DNA from: Candidatus Thorarchaeota archaeon
GTDB lineage: Archaea; Asgardarchaeota; Thorarchaeia; Thorarchaeales; Thorarchaeaceae
Length of the DNA stretch: 64,000 nucleotides
Direction: 5' to 3'
NCBI GenBank assembly: GCA_963726195.1
Contig: CAVSBO010000016.1
Coordinates: forward strand, 64,001 to 128,000
The translations under genes and the position numbers were made by a program. The stretch's first letter is position 1. Every line of letters begins with the position of its first letter. Positions 61,450 to 64,000 of this stretch are shown in pieces. Under the pieces are notes generated by a model. It was not told the DNA's origin, made no database searches, and was given only the letters and a program-made list of their open reading frames with translations.

Positions 61450-63636
61450 TCAGGAATGCTCTTTGGTCAGATTGTCGAGAATCTTCAGGTATATCTCCTT
61501 CTTCTGACCCTTCGAGAGCTTCGCAAGTCTTTCCACTATTAGCTCAGGAGTGCTTCTCGCAAGCTGCCCGAAGCGGGGTGTTCTATCTACAATCAGTTCG
61601 AGGTTCTCATCAAGGCCACGCGCTTCGATTCCGTCTATTCTTACAGAAACGTTGGTTACTTCCTTTATCTCTCGAGCCAAGTGGCTGCAAATGACCGTAC
61701 AGGTCTTCGGGTCGCTCTGGAGCAACTCTATCAGTCCTGCAATCACGTTGGCTGCACTTCCAGGCTCTGTTATGGCTTCAATTTCATCAAACAGAGCAAG
61801 CTTGGATTTGTCGGAAACAACAATCTCTGCGAACTGCTTCAAGGTTGTTTCGAAAGCGCCTGCGCTCACGACGCCTCGGCTCTTGTAGAAGAAGTAAATC
61901 TCCTCGAACACCTTGACATAGGCTTTCTTCGCAGGAACTGGGAAACCCGTCTGGGCCATGGCCGCGATCTGTGCAAGCGTCTGAATCGTTGTTGTCTTTC
62001 CGCCGCTGTTAGCGCCTGAGAGGATAGCGCAGTTCTCGCCGTTTGTTCCCTCAGGACGAAATGGAGTTTCACCAATAGCATAATCAATGGGCTGAACGGC
62101 GCCATGTTTTCCCTTAAGCATGCTCTCGACCAAGAAGATATTCCGCGCACCTTGAATCCCCACTCCGTTGTAGTCCGATGAGATGTCTGGGAGCTGTAGG
62201 TCGTAGTCAGCTGCGAAAAGCCCCACAGCCAGAAACAAATCGAATTCCAACAGTGTTTGCACCGCATCAGTAACGACTGTCTTCAGCTTTTCCAACTGTC
62301 CGGCGAACTTCTTCATCAACTTGAATGAATGCTCGGCCATGATTCTTCTTAGTCTATCTTCCAGTTCGTTCGAGCGATTCGAGTCCATCTTCACTGGCAA
62401 TGATATCTCTTCGCTGATTATGCCTGTCGCCCAGTCAGCCTCCTTCGCACTCAGGCCCAGCGTTTGAACGAGCTTGTCTTCCGCCTCTTGAACCGTGTTT
62501 GTGAACGTTTCAATAATCTCCGCGGGCAGCATGTTCCGTAGCGACCCGGCGTCTGCACCCTCCATATCCGTCGACTGCAAGATACTTATTATCTGCTGAC
62601 CACCAAGAGTGATTTCGCTCTTGGAGATTCTCGACGTTACCTCCTCGTTGAGCCAAGCTTCTGTTTCAGCCATAGCAGTCGGGAAAGCCTTGACCGCCTT
62701 GCGATACCGGTCGAGCTCGGGGTCGATACCTTCTGCAACACCGCCGTCTTCGTCTAGGCCCTTCAGAATCTCACCCACTTGGGCAAGTTGCTGGAAGTCA
62801 AGCCCTTTTGCGAAAACAGTAACAGAGTCATTCATAGGAAGACTGCCAAATTCCGCAGCAAGTTTGCACGAGGCATCAATTACCTTGTAGTTCTTGGCAT
62901 AGAATCCCACAGTCCTCTCTGGGAGAACATCGTCGACACTCCAGCTCTTCCCTAGTATCTCGACATTGTCAAGACCGTCCATCGACTCGTCATATCCACC
63001 CTTGGGAGAAACGAACATCACGAGATCGTAACCCTGAGCATAGTCTGCACCACTCTCGCCTTGAGACAACAAGTAGACCGGGCACCATTTGTCGACACCG
63101 TCCTTGACTAGCGTGTCGAATACCTTGTCACTGTCAGTGATTATCACGCGGCCCTGTACTTTCTGGCTCTGTATCTTCCTGAAGAGACCTCGAACCTGCC
63201 CAAGGAGACTCTTGAGAGTCTCCTTCTGCTCGGAACTTAGCCTTCGGGCCATATCTGATGCATCAGCGAAGTACCTCTGACGCTCAAGAATCACGTCCAG
63301 CTTGTCCGGAGGTAAGGGGAAGTAAAGGAGAAGCTTGTCCTTTGCGTAGCTTGTGTTTGCATATTCACGCATGATATCTAGGATGGAGTCGAAGATTTTC
63401 CTAAGATCGGGGCTCCGAAGAATCATGTTCGCGGTTGCGCCAAATTGAGTCTCGAATGCGGCCTTCACAATATTGACAGCCTGTTTGTCGCCAATACCCG
63501 GTACTGCCGCAACCAAATCAACTCGTGAATCCAAGATGACCTTGAGTGCGACCGCTTCGTTTCCAAAGTGGTCGACCAAAGCCTTCTTGATTTTGTCACC
63601 AACGCCCGGAATGTCTGAGAGTTTTGTAACGCTCAC
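61450..63636 (-). CDS. Archaeal MutS-like ATPase with N-terminal HhH motifs (MutS5-type)
   Basis: IPGVGDK and VPGIGDK HhH; SGANSGGKTT, AGAFE, LFDEIEAITEPG, CSHL. Confidence 0.88.
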   Translation of the reverse strand: MSVTKLSDIPGVGDKIKKALVDHFGNEAVALKVILDSRVDLVAAVPGIGDKQAVNIVKAAFETQFGATANMILRSPDLRKIFDSILDIMREYANTSYAKDKLLLYFPLPPDKLDVILERQRYFADASDMARRLSSEQKETLKSLLGQVRGLFRKIQSQKVQGRVIITDSDKVFDTLVKDGVDKWCPVYLLSQGESGADYAQGYDLVMFVSPKGGYDESMDGLDNVEILGKSWSVDDVLPERTVGFYAKNYKVIDASCKLAAEFGSLPMNDSVTVFAKGLDFQQLAQVGEILKGLDEDGGVAEGIDPELDRYRKAVKAFPTAMAETEAWLNEEVTSRISKSEITLGGQQIISILQSTDMEGADAGSLRNMLPAEIIETFTNTVQEAEDKLVQTLGLSAKEADWATGIISEEISLPVKMDSNRSNELEDRLRRIMAEHSFKLMKKFAGQLEKLKTVVTDAVQTLLEFDLFLAVGLFAADYDLQLPDISSDYNGVGIQGARNIFLVESMLKGKHGAVQPIDYAIGETPFRPEGTNGENCAILSGANSGGKTTTIQTLAQIAAMAQTGFPVPAKKAYVKVFEEIYFFYKSRGVVSAGAFETTLKQFAEIVVSDKSKLALFDEIEAITEPGSAANVIAGLIELLQSDPKTCTVICSHLAREIKEVTNVSVRIDGIEARGLDENLELIVDRTPRFGQLARSTPELIVERLAKLSKGQKKEIYLKILDNLTKEHS

Positions 63637-63819
63637 GCTCGATACCCCAACGACGGGATTGAGGCGGCCCTCGTCTGAGTCCTCCTTAAGGCTTGCTCTA
63701 GGTCGCGCTACACGTCTTTCTGCAGTGGTATGTTGTGCATAATAGGCTAGAAAAACCTGTCAGGGCTTGCTGCACGCCTCAGTCGCACACAGATAAGCCT
63801 CAAGTTAGCAGCAGATTAT

Positions 63820-64000
63820 CTAGTACGAACGTGCAACGTATACAATGGCTTTCGCTGCCTTGCCACACACGATACAGGCCCCTGTTGCGGTCTCCTCGAC
63901 ATCAATTCGCGTGCCTCGGACCTCGCCACCGGTCTTGTTCTTGATTTCGTCGGCACAACTCAATCCGTCTGTTTCGGTCGTGCAGAACTGCACTCGTCCT
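63820..64000 (-). CDS. proS: Prolyl-tRNA synthetase C-terminal end (partial)
   Basis: CADEIKNKTGGEVRG...CIVCGKAAKAIVYVARSY-stop. Confidence 0.9.
   Translation of the reverse strand, partial: GRVQFCTTETDGLSCADEIKNKTGGEVRGTRIDVEETATGACIVCGKAAKAIVYVARSY

Noticed and set aside
59-63944. Numerous antisense and alternate-frame ORFs in the ORF track
   Set aside because: Shadows of well-supported genes or tRNAs, with no motifs
1-64000. CRISPR array or cas genes
   Set aside because: No regularly spaced direct repeats seen; the RuvC proteins are IS-type TnpBs

Overview
Archaeal chromosomal window, most likely from an Asgard archaeon (Thorarchaeia-like). The assignment is inferred from a Sec23/24-like gene, four roadblock genes, an MglA-type GTPase, arrestin-, EMC6- and Vps29-like genes, and TfrAB. 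Most of the window is housekeeping: deoC, hef, glmU-like, A-type ATPase F/A/B, pyrI/pyrC, srp54, ribosomal proteins uL16/eL33/eS8, dys, acdAB, uppS, smc-scpAB, hypAE, tfrAB, fumarase, rqcH, nadC, a MutS-like gene and partial proS. It also holds three TnpB-family mobile elements and three tRNAs, two with non-canonical introns. About 13 genes, some essential, carry single-base frameshifts, best explained as long-read/assembly errors. The most interesting signals: (1) an intergenic hairpin RNA at ~20602-20751 whose two internal-loop strands together are antisense to 18 contiguous nt of the universal SSU rRNA central-pseudoknot region, with a weaker third match to the SSU 5' end, i.e. a candidate U3-like rRNA-chaperone guide; (2) a clear box C/D guide RNA for LSU H69-H71; (3) two further strongly structured intergenic RNA candidates; (4) a Sec23/24-roadblock-MglA-arrestin cluster; (5) a protein apparently built from four tandem AAA-lid-like repeats. 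All calls come from reading motifs by eye; no searches were run.
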